From a virus (Duplodnaviria; Caudoviricetes): a stretch of DNA of 64,000 bases. A program made the translations under genes and the position numbers. Below are positions 19,428 to 27,959 of the stretch, in pieces. How positions within the stretch are numbered: the first letter of the stretch is position 1; each line of letters begins with the position of its first letter. The stretch covers positions 138,520 to 202,519 of the IMG/VR virus record IMGVR_UViG_3300020471_000006; one strand, 5' to 3'. The notes under the pieces were generated by a model. It ran no database searches, was not told the DNA's origin, and saw only the letters and a list, made by a program, of their open reading frames with translations.

Positions 19428-20305
19428 AGAGTATATATTTTCCTCAGCATGGTGGTGTTGGTAGTGAGCAGTCACTTATACAATCACTTGTTGATGAACA
19501 AATAAAACTATTTGGAACTGACTGCTATTATCTTCCACGTAAGATGATCAAGGACACAACCCTTGATGATGTTTTGTATTCTGAGTTCAAGACTCAGTAT
19601 ATGATTGAGATGTTCCTCATTAATGTAGAGGGATTTGGATCACCATCAGAATTCATTAGTAAGTTTGGTCTCACAATCACAGACGAGATTAGTTTTGTTG
19701 TATCAAAGAATAGATGGAGTCAGGTATTCCAAGAGTTTGCAGATATTACAACTGTAGATGGTAGACCTAATGAAGGAGATTTGATCTACTATCCATTAAC
19801 AAAAGCATTATATGAAATTAAGTATGTAGAAAGAGAAGCTCCTTTCTATCAGTTAGGTCAGACATACCTATATCAGATGACTGCTGAAATCTATCAGATC
19901 GGTGATGATAAGTTTGATACTGGTATTCCAGATGTAGATGTAGTAGAAGAAATATATTCTACTTCTATCTCTATACAAATGGATACTGGTGGCACAGGAG
20001 AATACTCATTAAGTGAAACTGTAACTGGTTCTACATCTGGTGTTACAGGTGAGGTGGCATACTGGGATCGTTCAACCGATATACTAACCATCATAAATAG
20101 AACAGGAAACTTCCTAACTGGTGAGACTCTTACTGGAGGTACTAGTACCACAGCAAGAGAAATCACTACCATTGACAATTTGACAATGGGTGATAGGGCA
20201 GCAGCAGATAATAGAGAAATCGAAGATGCTGCTGATGATTTAATTGATTGGGGTGAGGTAAACCCATTCGGAGAATTTGGTAATTTTACAACAGGTGACT
20301 TTTAA
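19424..20305 (+). CDS. gp14: Neck protein gp14
   Basis: GTDCYYLPR, RPNEGDLIYYP, E.NPFGE; synteny. Confidence 0.92.
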   Translation: MKSIYFPQHGGVGSEQSLIQSLVDEQIKLFGTDCYYLPRKMIKDTTLDDVLYSEFKTQYMIEMFLINVEGFGSPSEFISKFGLTITDEISFVVSKNRWSQVFQEFADITTVDGRPNEGDLIYYPLTKALYEIKYVEREAPFYQLGQTYLYQMTAEIYQIGDDKFDTGIPDVDVVEEIYSTSISIQMDTGGTGEYSLSETVTGSTSGVTGEVAYWDRSTDILTIINRTGNFLTGETLTGGTSTTAREITTIDNLTMGDRAAADNREIEDAADDLIDWGEVNPFGEFGNFTTGDF

Positions 20306-21120
20306 TGTTAGGACCACATTTTTATAATGAAGCAATACGGAAAACGGTTATTGGTTTCGGTACGCTTTTTAATAACATAGAAATCAGAAAGAAGGATAAT
20401 GCTGGAACTGTCATAGAGTCAGAGAAAGTTCCTTTAGCATACGGTCCTAAAAATAAATTCCTTTACAGGTTAGAACAAAGTCCAGACGTAACAAAGAAGG
20501 TCGCAATTAAACTTCCACGTTTGTATTTTGAATTAACTAATGTAACATATGATAGTACTAGAAAGACTAGTGCAATCAAAAAGATTAAAGCTGCTATACC
20601 TGCTGCTGGTAGTGCAGATAATGCAAAGCAGATACAAACACAATTTGTTCCAGTACCTTATGATATGTCATTTGAACTTGGTATCATTGCCAAGTCATCT
20701 GATGATGCTTTACAAATATTAGAACAGATTCTCCCTTACTTCCAACCATCATTTAACATAAGTCTTAAGTTCATTCCTGATATGAATGAAACAAGAGACG
20801 TTGCATGTATTTTGAATGGTGTTGATTATGCAGATGATTGGGATGACAGCTTCCTAGAGAGAAGGAGTATAGTTTGGACTCTACAGTTTACTGTTAAGTC
20901 TTACATCTACGGTCCTTACAGCAAGGCAGATGTCATTCGTAAGGCACGTGTCATTGAAACTGTTGGTGACAAGAACGTCAGTAAGAGGAATGTTGAGAGA
21001 TCTTACTCACCTAAGGCTCTAGAAGATAAGAATGCAGATGGAGTTATTGATACAGCAGATGATAATCTGGTAGTTTCCACAGACGACTTTGGATTCAATG
21101 AAGGATTTGAAATACTATGA
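20305..21120 (+). CDS. gp15: Tail sheath stabilizer / completion protein gp15
   Basis: FYNEAIRKTVIGFGTLFNNI, VPLAYGP, PVPYDM.F.L, QILEQILPYFQP. Confidence 0.92.
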   Translation: MLGPHFYNEAIRKTVIGFGTLFNNIEIRKKDNAGTVIESEKVPLAYGPKNKFLYRLEQSPDVTKKVAIKLPRLYFELTNVTYDSTRKTSAIKKIKAAIPAAGSADNAKQIQTQFVPVPYDMSFELGIIAKSSDDALQILEQILPYFQPSFNISLKFIPDMNETRDVACILNGVDYADDWDDSFLERRSIVWTLQFTVKSYIYGPYSKADVIRKARVIETVGDKNVSKRNVERSYSPKALEDKNADGVIDTADDNLVVSTDDFGFNEGFEIL

Positions 21121-21530
21121 GTAAGTTAGATAAAAATATGGAGGAGATGTTAGACATTGATGTCTCTACTACACCCGAAGGAGGTTGCACTACTAGAAAG
21201 GCAAACCTTAAAGATGTCACAGAAGATAGAGAGAAAGACTATGAGTATACTAGAGGTGAACTCTACAGTCTTATTTCTAAGGGTCAGGAGGCAGTACAAG
21301 GTGCTTTAGAGGTTGCACAGGAGTCAGGGCATCCAAGAGCATTTGAAGTTGCTACAAACGCTATGAAGCAGGTAGCAGACATGACTGATAAACTTATGGA
21401 TCTACAGAAGAAAGTTCATGACTTAGATACAGAGAAGAAAGGTCCGAAGACTGTTACAAACAATGCTATGTTTGTAGGTAGTACAGCAGAATTACAGAAA
21501 ATGCTAAAACAAATGGGGAAATCAAAATAG
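21117..21530 (+). CDS. gp16: Terminase small subunit gp16
   Basis: DYEYTRGELY, HPRAFEV, TNNAMFVGSTAELQKMLK. Confidence 0.92.
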   Translation: MSKLDKNMEEMLDIDVSTTPEGGCTTRKANLKDVTEDREKDYEYTRGELYSLISKGQEAVQGALEVAQESGHPRAFEVATNAMKQVADMTDKLMDLQKKVHDLDTEKKGPKTVTNNAMFVGSTAELQKMLKQMGKSK

Positions 21531-21543
21531 TATTTGTGCTCTA

Positions 21544-21571
21544 TTGAACATTTTTTAAATTATGATATAAT
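21544..21571 (+). promoter_or_regulatory. Sigma70-like promoter ahead of small ORFs inside the late region
   Basis: TTGAAC-16nt-TATAAT with an extended TG. Confidence 0.45.
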
Positions 21572-21576
21572 TAAAT

Positions 21577-21759
21577 ATGGATGACTTGAAAAACATGAGA
21601 CTTAACGAAGCAGATATACATCGTCTTACTACCGCATGTAAACTGTATCAGGAACAAACTGGTTCAGAATATATGTGGGATGAGTATCAACATTTGATTG
21701 ATAAACTTGGTACGATGCGTGAACAGGGATGCTGTTCGTTTTCAAAAAGTATCACATGA
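21577..21759 (+). CDS. Small hypothetical protein
   Basis: 60 aa ORF with ATGA coupling to the next gene. Confidence 0.6.
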   Translation: MDDLKNMRLNEADIHRLTTACKLYQEQTGSEYMWDEYQHLIDKLGTMREQGCCSFSKSIT

Positions 21760-22073
21760 CTGAAGATAAAATTAAATCTATATGTTATACGAAGGAAGAA
21801 GTTGATGAAATGATTGCTGCTGCTGTTGCAGAAGCACGTGCTATCGATGAAGAATCCATGCGTAAACATAATCGTGACGCTACTATTATTTCAATGATTC
21901 TAGGTTTCACTTGTCTAGCATTATTTGTAGATGGATTACTTCGCATACTTGGTATCATTCCACCATTCGCAGGTCTTGACGTTAATATCTTGGATGATAT
22001 TGCAGAGAAGACTAAGGTTATTGTAGAAAATGATCTAGTTAAAAATGGTATAAGTAAAATACAACGATGGTAA
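21756..22073 (+). CDS. Hypothetical membrane protein
   Basis: Hydrophobic segment IISMILGFTCLALFVDGLLRILGII; start at ATGA overlap. Confidence 0.65.
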   Translation: MTEDKIKSICYTKEEVDEMIAAAVAEARAIDEESMRKHNRDATIISMILGFTCLALFVDGLLRILGIIPPFAGLDVNILDDIAEKTKVIVENDLVKNGISKIQRW

Positions 22074-22078
22074 ATTAA

Positions 22079-22378
22079 ATGCTTTCAACACAATATCGAT
22101 TACGCTTAGAAGCGATATGTAAAGATATCGCTTCTGGCACAGAGGTTGGTTTAGAAGATATGATCTGGGCTGATAAACTAGCAAAGGCAAACACATCTGC
22201 TAGAGGTATGTTGAGTAAGGCAAGAAGGTTATCTGTAGATCCAACAGATTCTTTTCTGAATGAGTTGAACATAGGAGACCCCGATTCAACTCATCACAAA
22301 AGGGGTTTTGGTTCTCCAGATGAAATTGTGGAATGGTTCCATCAAGAAAAATCTGATGACTGGAGACAAAGAGATTGA
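22079..22378 (+). CDS. Hypothetical protein
   Basis: 99 aa ORF in operon orientation. Confidence 0.65.
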   Translation: MLSTQYRLRLEAICKDIASGTEVGLEDMIWADKLAKANTSARGMLSKARRLSVDPTDSFLNELNIGDPDSTHHKRGFGSPDEIVEWFHQEKSDDWRQRD

Positions 22379-22394
22379 ATGATGTAGTTTGGTC

Positions 22395-22402
22395 TATAAA
22401 TA
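22395..22402 (+). promoter_or_regulatory. Late promoter TATAAATA
   Basis: Exact motif upstream of the nuclease and gp17. Confidence 0.7.
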
Positions 22403-22404
22403 TA

Positions 22405-22536
22405 ATGATAGCAATACTGTTAGTCGCAGTAGGCATTTTAATATATTGGATTTTTAAATACGATGACTGGAATGACACCACCGTCGAGGAAGAGTTGTTA
22501 CAACTTCCGAGTGACGAAGATAAACAAAGTCCTTGA
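22405..22536 (+). CDS. 43 aa single-TM microprotein overlapping the nuclease 5' end
   Basis: Hand translation MIAILLVAVGILIYWIFKYDDWNDTTVEEELLQLPSDEDKQSP; ATG 2 nt after the late promoter. Confidence 0.4.
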   Translation: MIAILLVAVGILIYWIFKYDDWNDTTVEEELLQLPSDEDKQSP

Positions 22537-22924
22537 TGGTGATACTATTGATGTAACCATTGATCTTGGATTTGATCTGTATAAAAAAGAACGTGTTAGA
22601 ATAGCTGGTGTAGATACACCTGAGAAGAGAACTCGTGATAAGGAGGAGAAAGCACTTGGAATCGACGCAACCAACTGGCTCAAAGAGAAACTCACAAATA
22701 CTATTAACGGTAATGATGAGCTTACTATTAGGACTGAACTTGTTGGTGGGGTCGGTAAATACGGTCGTCTTCTTGGGTGGCTTTATATCGGGGATTCAAA
22801 TATGTCCCTTAATGAGAAAATGATTCAAGAAGGGTATGCTTGGGCATATGATGGTGGTACTAAACAAAAGAATTTTGAAGACTTACGTGTAATCCGTAGA
22901 CAACTTGGTACATTGAATGGCTAG
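22463..22924 (+). CDS. Staphylococcal nuclease (SNase/thermonuclease)-like protein
   Basis: VLDGDTIDV, RVRIAGVDTPE, GKYGRLLG, LNEKMIQEGYAWAY. Confidence 0.88.
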   Translation: MTGMTPPSRKSCYNFRVTKINKVLDGDTIDVTIDLGFDLYKKERVRIAGVDTPEKRTRDKEEKALGIDATNWLKEKLTNTINGNDELTIRTELVGGVGKYGRLLGWLYIGDSNMSLNEKMIQEGYAWAYDGGTKQKNFEDLRVIRRQLGTLNG

Positions 22925-24572
22925 TAAGACTGAGATATATCTTGGTAACCCCAACCTGAAGAAGGCTGGCACTGAGATACAATTTACTAAAGAGCAAGTA
23001 GAAGAGTGGATTAAATGCAAACAAGATCCACTCTATTTTGCTATGAAGTATATGCAGATTATCAACTTGGATGAAGGTCTAGTACCTTTTGAGATGTATG
23101 ATTTTCAGCAGAAGATCTTAATGGATTTCCATGAAAATAGATTTAACATTGCTAAACTTCCTAGACAGACTGGTAAGAGCACCACTGTGGTGGCGTATCT
23201 TTTACATTATTGTATCTTCAATGATAGCGTTAATATTGGGATACTCGCTAACAAGGCTAGTACTGCTAGAGAACTCTTAGGTAGACTACAACTAGCATAT
23301 GAAAACTTACCCAAGTGGATTCAGCATGGAATACTTGTGTGGAATAAAGGTAGTGTGGAGTTAGAGAATGGATCTAAAATATTGGCTGCGTCTACTTCTG
23401 CTAGTGCTGTTAGGGGTATGTCTTTCAATATCCTATTCTTGGATGAGTTTGCTTTTGTACCCAACCATGTTGCAGAACAGTTTTTTGCTTCTGTGTATCC
23501 TACTATTACTTCTGGTAAGTCAACGAAAGTCATAATCATCTCTACCCCTAATGGTATGAACCACTTCTATAAGATGTGGGAGGATGCTAGGAATGGTAAG
23601 AATGGATATGTTACAAATGAAGTACATTGGTCTCAAGTTCCAGGCAGAGATGCTAAATGGAAAGAGGAGACTATGAAGAACACGTCCAAGAGACAGTTCG
23701 CTCAAGAATTTGAATGCGACTTTCTTGGATCTGCTGATACTCTTATATCGCCAGCTAAATTACAGGCGATACCATTCACCGAACCTATAGTTAGTAATGC
23801 TGGACTTGATATTTACGAAAGATCACAAGAAGGTCATGAATATATTATTACTGTCGATGTTGCCAGAGGAATTGGTGGCGACTATTCTGCTTTCATCGTG
23901 TTTGACATCACCACTCTGCCGTATAAGGTTGTTGCAAAATTCAGAGATAATGAGATTAAGCCTGTCATGTTTCCGTCGAGAATATTTCAGGTAGCAAAGA
24001 ATTATAATTTTCCATATATCTTAGTAGAGGTCAATGACATTGGTGATAGTATAGGAGCAATGTTAAACTTTGACCTTGAGTATCCTAATGTACTCATGTG
24101 TGCTATGAGAGGTAGAGCTGGTCAGATAGTAGGTCAGGGATTCTCTGGTACTAAGACTCAACTTGGTGTCAAGATGAGTATCACAGTTAAGAAGCAGGGA
24201 TGTGCAAACCTCAAAGCAATTCTAGAAGAAGACAAATTAACATTCCAAGATTTTCATATACTACAAGAGCTTACGACTTTCATTCAGAAGAAGCAAGCAT
24301 GGGAAGCAGATGAAGGATACCATGATGACTTGGTGATGTGTCTGGTTCTATTCTCTTGGTTAGTCATGCAAGACTACTTCAAAGAAATGACAGATCAAGA
24401 TGTCAGACGAAGGATATATGAAGAGCAGAGGAATCAGATTGAACAGGACATGGCTCCATTTGGATTTATTGATGATGGATTAGGTGACGATACCTTTATA
24501 GATGGTGATGGTGAAATGTGGGCTTATGGTGATACGGAAGAATCTGTAACTTATATGCTTCCTGATTTGTGA
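22917..24572 (+). CDS. gp17: Terminase large subunit gp17
   Basis: LPRQTGKST Walker A, LFLDEFAF Walker B, IISTPNG, DVARG, HDDLVM. Confidence 0.97.
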   Translation: MASKTEIYLGNPNLKKAGTEIQFTKEQVEEWIKCKQDPLYFAMKYMQIINLDEGLVPFEMYDFQQKILMDFHENRFNIAKLPRQTGKSTTVVAYLLHYCIFNDSVNIGILANKASTARELLGRLQLAYENLPKWIQHGILVWNKGSVELENGSKILAASTSASAVRGMSFNILFLDEFAFVPNHVAEQFFASVYPTITSGKSTKVIIISTPNGMNHFYKMWEDARNGKNGYVTNEVHWSQVPGRDAKWKEETMKNTSKRQFAQEFECDFLGSADTLISPAKLQAIPFTEPIVSNAGLDIYERSQEGHEYIITVDVARGIGGDYSAFIVFDITTLPYKVVAKFRDNEIKPVMFPSRIFQVAKNYNFPYILVEVNDIGDSIGAMLNFDLEYPNVLMCAMRGRAGQIVGQGFSGTKTQLGVKMSITVKKQGCANLKAILEEDKLTFQDFHILQELTTFIQKKQAWEADEGYHDDLVMCLVLFSWLVMQDYFKEMTDQDVRRRIYEEQRNQIEQDMAPFGFIDDGLGDDTFIDGDGEMWAYGDTEESVTYMLPDL

Positions 24573-24799
24573 TGGATCTTGATGAACAGTTCGGTTTAGA
24601 ACACCTACTATTCAGAGAAAGAACATGTCGAGTCTGTGGTAGAGACAAAGACTTGATAGCAGATTTCTATTTGATAAGAAAAAATAAGAGAGGCAACCCA
24701 TCTGGATATTCGTATGAATGTAAGTTGTGTACTGTAGAGAGGGTGGTGAGGAACAGAAAGAAAAAACGCACTGTAGAGGAGAACTATCCAGACTGGTAG
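24569..24799 (+). CDS. Small Zn-finger-like hypothetical protein
   Basis: CRVC...YECKLC. Confidence 0.6.
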   Translation: MMDLDEQFGLEHLLFRERTCRVCGRDKDLIADFYLIRKNKRGNPSGYSYECKLCTVERVVRNRKKKRTVEENYPDW

Positions 24800-24839
24800 A
24801 GTGTTCATGCATTGTTTCCCCACTCAAAATACTCCTAGA

Positions 24840-24847
24840 GATAAATA
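24840..24847 (+). promoter_or_regulatory. Late promoter (GATAAATA) for gp18
   Basis: NATAAATA 38 nt upstream of gp18. Confidence 0.65.
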
Positions 24848-24885
24848 ATTTCAGGTAATTTGAATCATCTATAGGGGTTAAAAAC

Positions 24886-27285
24886 ATGGCAAGTCAAATC
24901 TCGCCTGGTGTAGTTCTTAGAGAAAGAGATCTATCCAACGCAGTTGTTGTTGGCACATCAAGCCAAACAGCAGCATTTGCTTCAACTTTCCAGAAAGGTC
25001 CAATTGGTGAGGTTGTTTCAATCTCTGACCAAAAGGATTTACTTAGTGTATTCGGTAAACCAACTGATGCTAACGCAGAAGACTGGTTTGTTGCATCTGA
25101 GTTTCTGGGATATGGTGGACAACTAGCAGTTGTTCGTGCAGAAACAGGAGCATCTAATGCTGTTGATACAGGTCCAACAGTTCTAGTTAAGAACATTGCT
25201 GATTGGGAAGGAGGAACAGGCTCGTCTAAAAAGTTTGTAGCACGTTCTGCTGGTACTCTAGGTAACTCACTTAAGGTAGTCGTTGTTGATAGTGGTGCTG
25301 ATCAGTATCTAACATTCGCAGCAACACCAGCTGGTATCGGTGTCGATGACACAGTTACATTTACTGGTGGTGCAACAGCAAAAGTTCTTTCATGGGTTCC
25401 TGCAACCAAGACTGCTGCTGTGGTTCTAACAACCCCCTCTACTAAGATTACAACTTCTGACACATTAGACATTCCTGATACAGGTGTTGCTGCAACAACT
25501 ACAACACTAGTTGGTGGTACTGGATATACTGCTGGTACAGCAGTTGCTACAACTAACGGATCTGGATCTGGACTAACAGTTGATGTAGCAGTTGGAGCTG
25601 GTGTTCCAAGTGCAATCACACTTACATCTGGTGGTTCTGCTTATGCAACTGGTGCTAACATTGCTACTACAGGTGGCGGTGGTACAGGATTGACAGTTGA
25701 CGTTGTTGTCGCTGGTGGTGTTGTTCAGACTGTAGCAATCAATACTGCTGGTACTGGATACACAGTTGGTGCAACAGTAACAATCGTTGGTGGTGGTTCA
25801 AACGCAACATTTACAGTCGATGCAGCAACAGGTGCTGTAACTGCTGTTACAATCAACGCTGGTGGTACTGGATATCTTGTAGGAGATACAGTCACAGTTG
25901 CTGGTGGTGGTGCTGATGCAACATTCGACATCGCTTCTGTAACTGATACACAGATTGCAATCTCTGAGGTTAGTGACTGGTATACCAACACAGAAATTGC
26001 TGGTACTGGACTTAAGTTGAGTGCAATCGGTCCTCGTCCTGGTACATCTGCATTCGCTGCTGATAGAAGTGTTTCTGGAGACGAAGTGCATGTAGCAGTG
26101 ATCGACACAACTGGTGATGTATCTGGTGCTTCTAGCACAATCGTTGAACGTCTTACATATCTTTCAAAACTCTCTGATGCAAAATCAACAGAGGGTGCAA
26201 ATGTGTACTACAAGGCAATCATCAATGCTGAATCAAACTATGTCTATCATGGTGCTGCTTTAGCAACAACAGTATCTGGTGCTGTTTGGAACGCTGGTTC
26301 TGGTAGTGTATCTGGAGCACTTGCTATTGGTGGTGCTATCGAAACAACACTAACTGCTGGTGTTGATGACTATTCATATACTGCTGGAGAAATTGCATCA
26401 GCATATGATGAGTTTGCTGATGATGAGAATACTGATGTTAACTTCATCCTCATGGGTGGATCACTAGGTACTGAATCAGATACAAAGACAAAGGCAGCTA
26501 AGGTACTTGCTATTGCAGCAGGTCGTAGGGACGCAATTGCATTTGTATCACCTTACAGAGGAAACCAAATCGGTACATCTGGTGCTTTGACTTCTAGACA
26601 ACAGAAGGATAACACTCTTGGATTCTTCAGTGGACTAACCTCCACATCATATGGAGTATTCGATAGTGGATACAAGTACATCTATGACCGCTTTAACGAT
26701 GTATATCGTTACATCCCAACTAACGGAGACATTGCTGGTTTATGTGTTGCTACATCAACTGCAACAGATGACTGGTTCTCTCCTGCTGGTTTGACCAGAG
26801 GTGGAATTCGTAATGCTGTTAAACTAGCATACAACCCATCTAAGACAGATAGAGATGAACTTTATCAGAATAGAATCAACCCAGTTGTTTCTGTTGCTGG
26901 AAGTGGTATTACATTATTCGGTGACAAGACTGCTCTTGCTTCACCATCTGCATTTGACAGAATCAATGTTCGTAGATTATTCCTCAACATTGAGTCTAGA
27001 GTAGAGACCCTTGCCAAAGGTGTTCTATTCGAACTTAACGATGATCTTACACGTTCAAACTTCAGTGCTGCTGTTAACTCTTACTTGAATGAAGTTCAAG
27101 CAAGACAAGGTTTAACTGATTTCTTAGTTGTTTGTGATACATCCAATAACACACCTGATGTTATTGATCGCAATGAGTTTGTTGCAGAATTATTCCTGAA
27201 GCCAACTCGTTCAATCAACTACGTAACAGTTACATTTACTGCAACACGTACTGGTGTTTCGTTCGCTGAAGTAGTCGGACGCTAA
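24886..27285 (+). CDS. gp18: Tail sheath protein gp18 with a repeat insertion
   Basis: SPGVVLRERD, WFSPAGLTRG, RDELYQNRINPV, AFDRINVRRLF, KPTRSINY. Confidence 0.96.
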   Translation: MASQISPGVVLRERDLSNAVVVGTSSQTAAFASTFQKGPIGEVVSISDQKDLLSVFGKPTDANAEDWFVASEFLGYGGQLAVVRAETGASNAVDTGPTVLVKNIADWEGGTGSSKKFVARSAGTLGNSLKVVVVDSGADQYLTFAATPAGIGVDDTVTFTGGATAKVLSWVPATKTAAVVLTTPSTKITTSDTLDIPDTGVAATTTTLVGGTGYTAGTAVATTNGSGSGLTVDVAVGAGVPSAITLTSGGSAYATGANIATTGGGGTGLTVDVVVAGGVVQTVAINTAGTGYTVGATVTIVGGGSNATFTVDAATGAVTAVTINAGGTGYLVGDTVTVAGGGADATFDIASVTDTQIAISEVSDWYTNTEIAGTGLKLSAIGPRPGTSAFAADRSVSGDEVHVAVIDTTGDVSGASSTIVERLTYLSKLSDAKSTEGANVYYKAIINAESNYVYHGAALATTVSGAVWNAGSGSVSGALAIGGAIETTLTAGVDDYSYTAGEIASAYDEFADDENTDVNFILMGGSLGTESDTKTKAAKVLAIAAGRRDAIAFVSPYRGNQIGTSGALTSRQQKDNTLGFFSGLTSTSYGVFDSGYKYIYDRFNDVYRYIPTNGDIAGLCVATSTATDDWFSPAGLTRGGIRNAVKLAYNPSKTDRDELYQNRINPVVSVAGSGITLFGDKTALASPSAFDRINVRRLFLNIESRVETLAKGVLFELNDDLTRSNFSAAVNSYLNEVQARQGLTDFLVVCDTSNNTPDVIDRNEFVAELFLKPTRSINYVTVTFTATRTGVSFAEVVGR
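25501..25945 (+). repeat. Four ~38-40 aa GxGY repeats inside gp18
   Basis: GGTGYTAG / GGSAYATG / AGTGYTVG / GGTGYLVG units separated by GxGxxxTVDV-type segments. Confidence 0.75.
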
Positions 27286-27322
27286 TTCGTTACACTAAAT
27301 ATAAACACAGAGGACAAGACTA

Positions 27323-27907
27323 ATGGCAAATATATCGAGTAACGTCTCAGAATTCCTGGCTAAGGTTGCTCAAGGTGTCAAACCTAATATGTTTGAGGTG
27401 GAGATTGCATTTCCACTTCTAGGTTTACAAGTTGACAATAAACTTGTTAACATGATGTGTAAATCAGCAGCTCTACCTGCATCTAGTCTAGGAACAATCG
27501 AAGTTCCTTTTAGAGGTAGGTCAGTTAAGATTGCTGGAGACCGCACATTTGATAACTGGACTGCAACCTTCATCAACGATAAGGACATGAAGACTCGTGG
27601 TTACTTTGAGACTTGGTTGAACAAGATGAACTCTCATGAGGGTAATACTGCTGAGGCATTCAACCCTGCTGAAGGAGGTCAACGCTACACTGCTGATCTA
27701 TTTGTTACACAAATAGAAAAAGACGCAAGCGAAAAGGGATCAAACTTAAGGAAGTACAAACTATGGTATGCATTTCCTGCTAGTGTTTCTCAGATCGACC
27801 TTGCTTATGACAGCAATGATCAGATTGAAGAGTTCACAGTTGAATTCCAATATTCATACTGGACAGTTGAAGAAGGTGATGCCAAGAATAGCGACATCAT
27901 CAAATAA
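27323..27907 (+). CDS. gp19: Tail tube protein gp19
   Basis: KPNMFEV, IEVPFRGR.VKIAGDRTF..W, EEFTVEFQYSYW. Confidence 0.95.
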   Translation: MANISSNVSEFLAKVAQGVKPNMFEVEIAFPLLGLQVDNKLVNMMCKSAALPASSLGTIEVPFRGRSVKIAGDRTFDNWTATFINDKDMKTRGYFETWLNKMNSHEGNTAEAFNPAEGGQRYTADLFVTQIEKDASEKGSNLRKYKLWYAFPASVSQIDLAYDSNDQIEEFTVEFQYSYWTVEEGDAKNSDIIK

Positions 27908-27924
27908 TAGACTTTTTTCTATCG

Positions 27925-27932
27925 TATAAATA
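27925..27932 (+). promoter_or_regulatory. Late promoter TATAAATA for gp20
   Basis: Exact motif 27 nt upstream of the portal gene. Confidence 0.75.
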
Positions 27933-27959
27933 CTTGCGGTAGTAAAAAACTTTAATATT

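Noticed and set aside
25501-25945. CRISPR-like or DNA-level tandem repeat array
   Set aside because: Repeats are degenerate at the DNA level and conserved only as in-frame protein motifs; no identical repeats with spacers.
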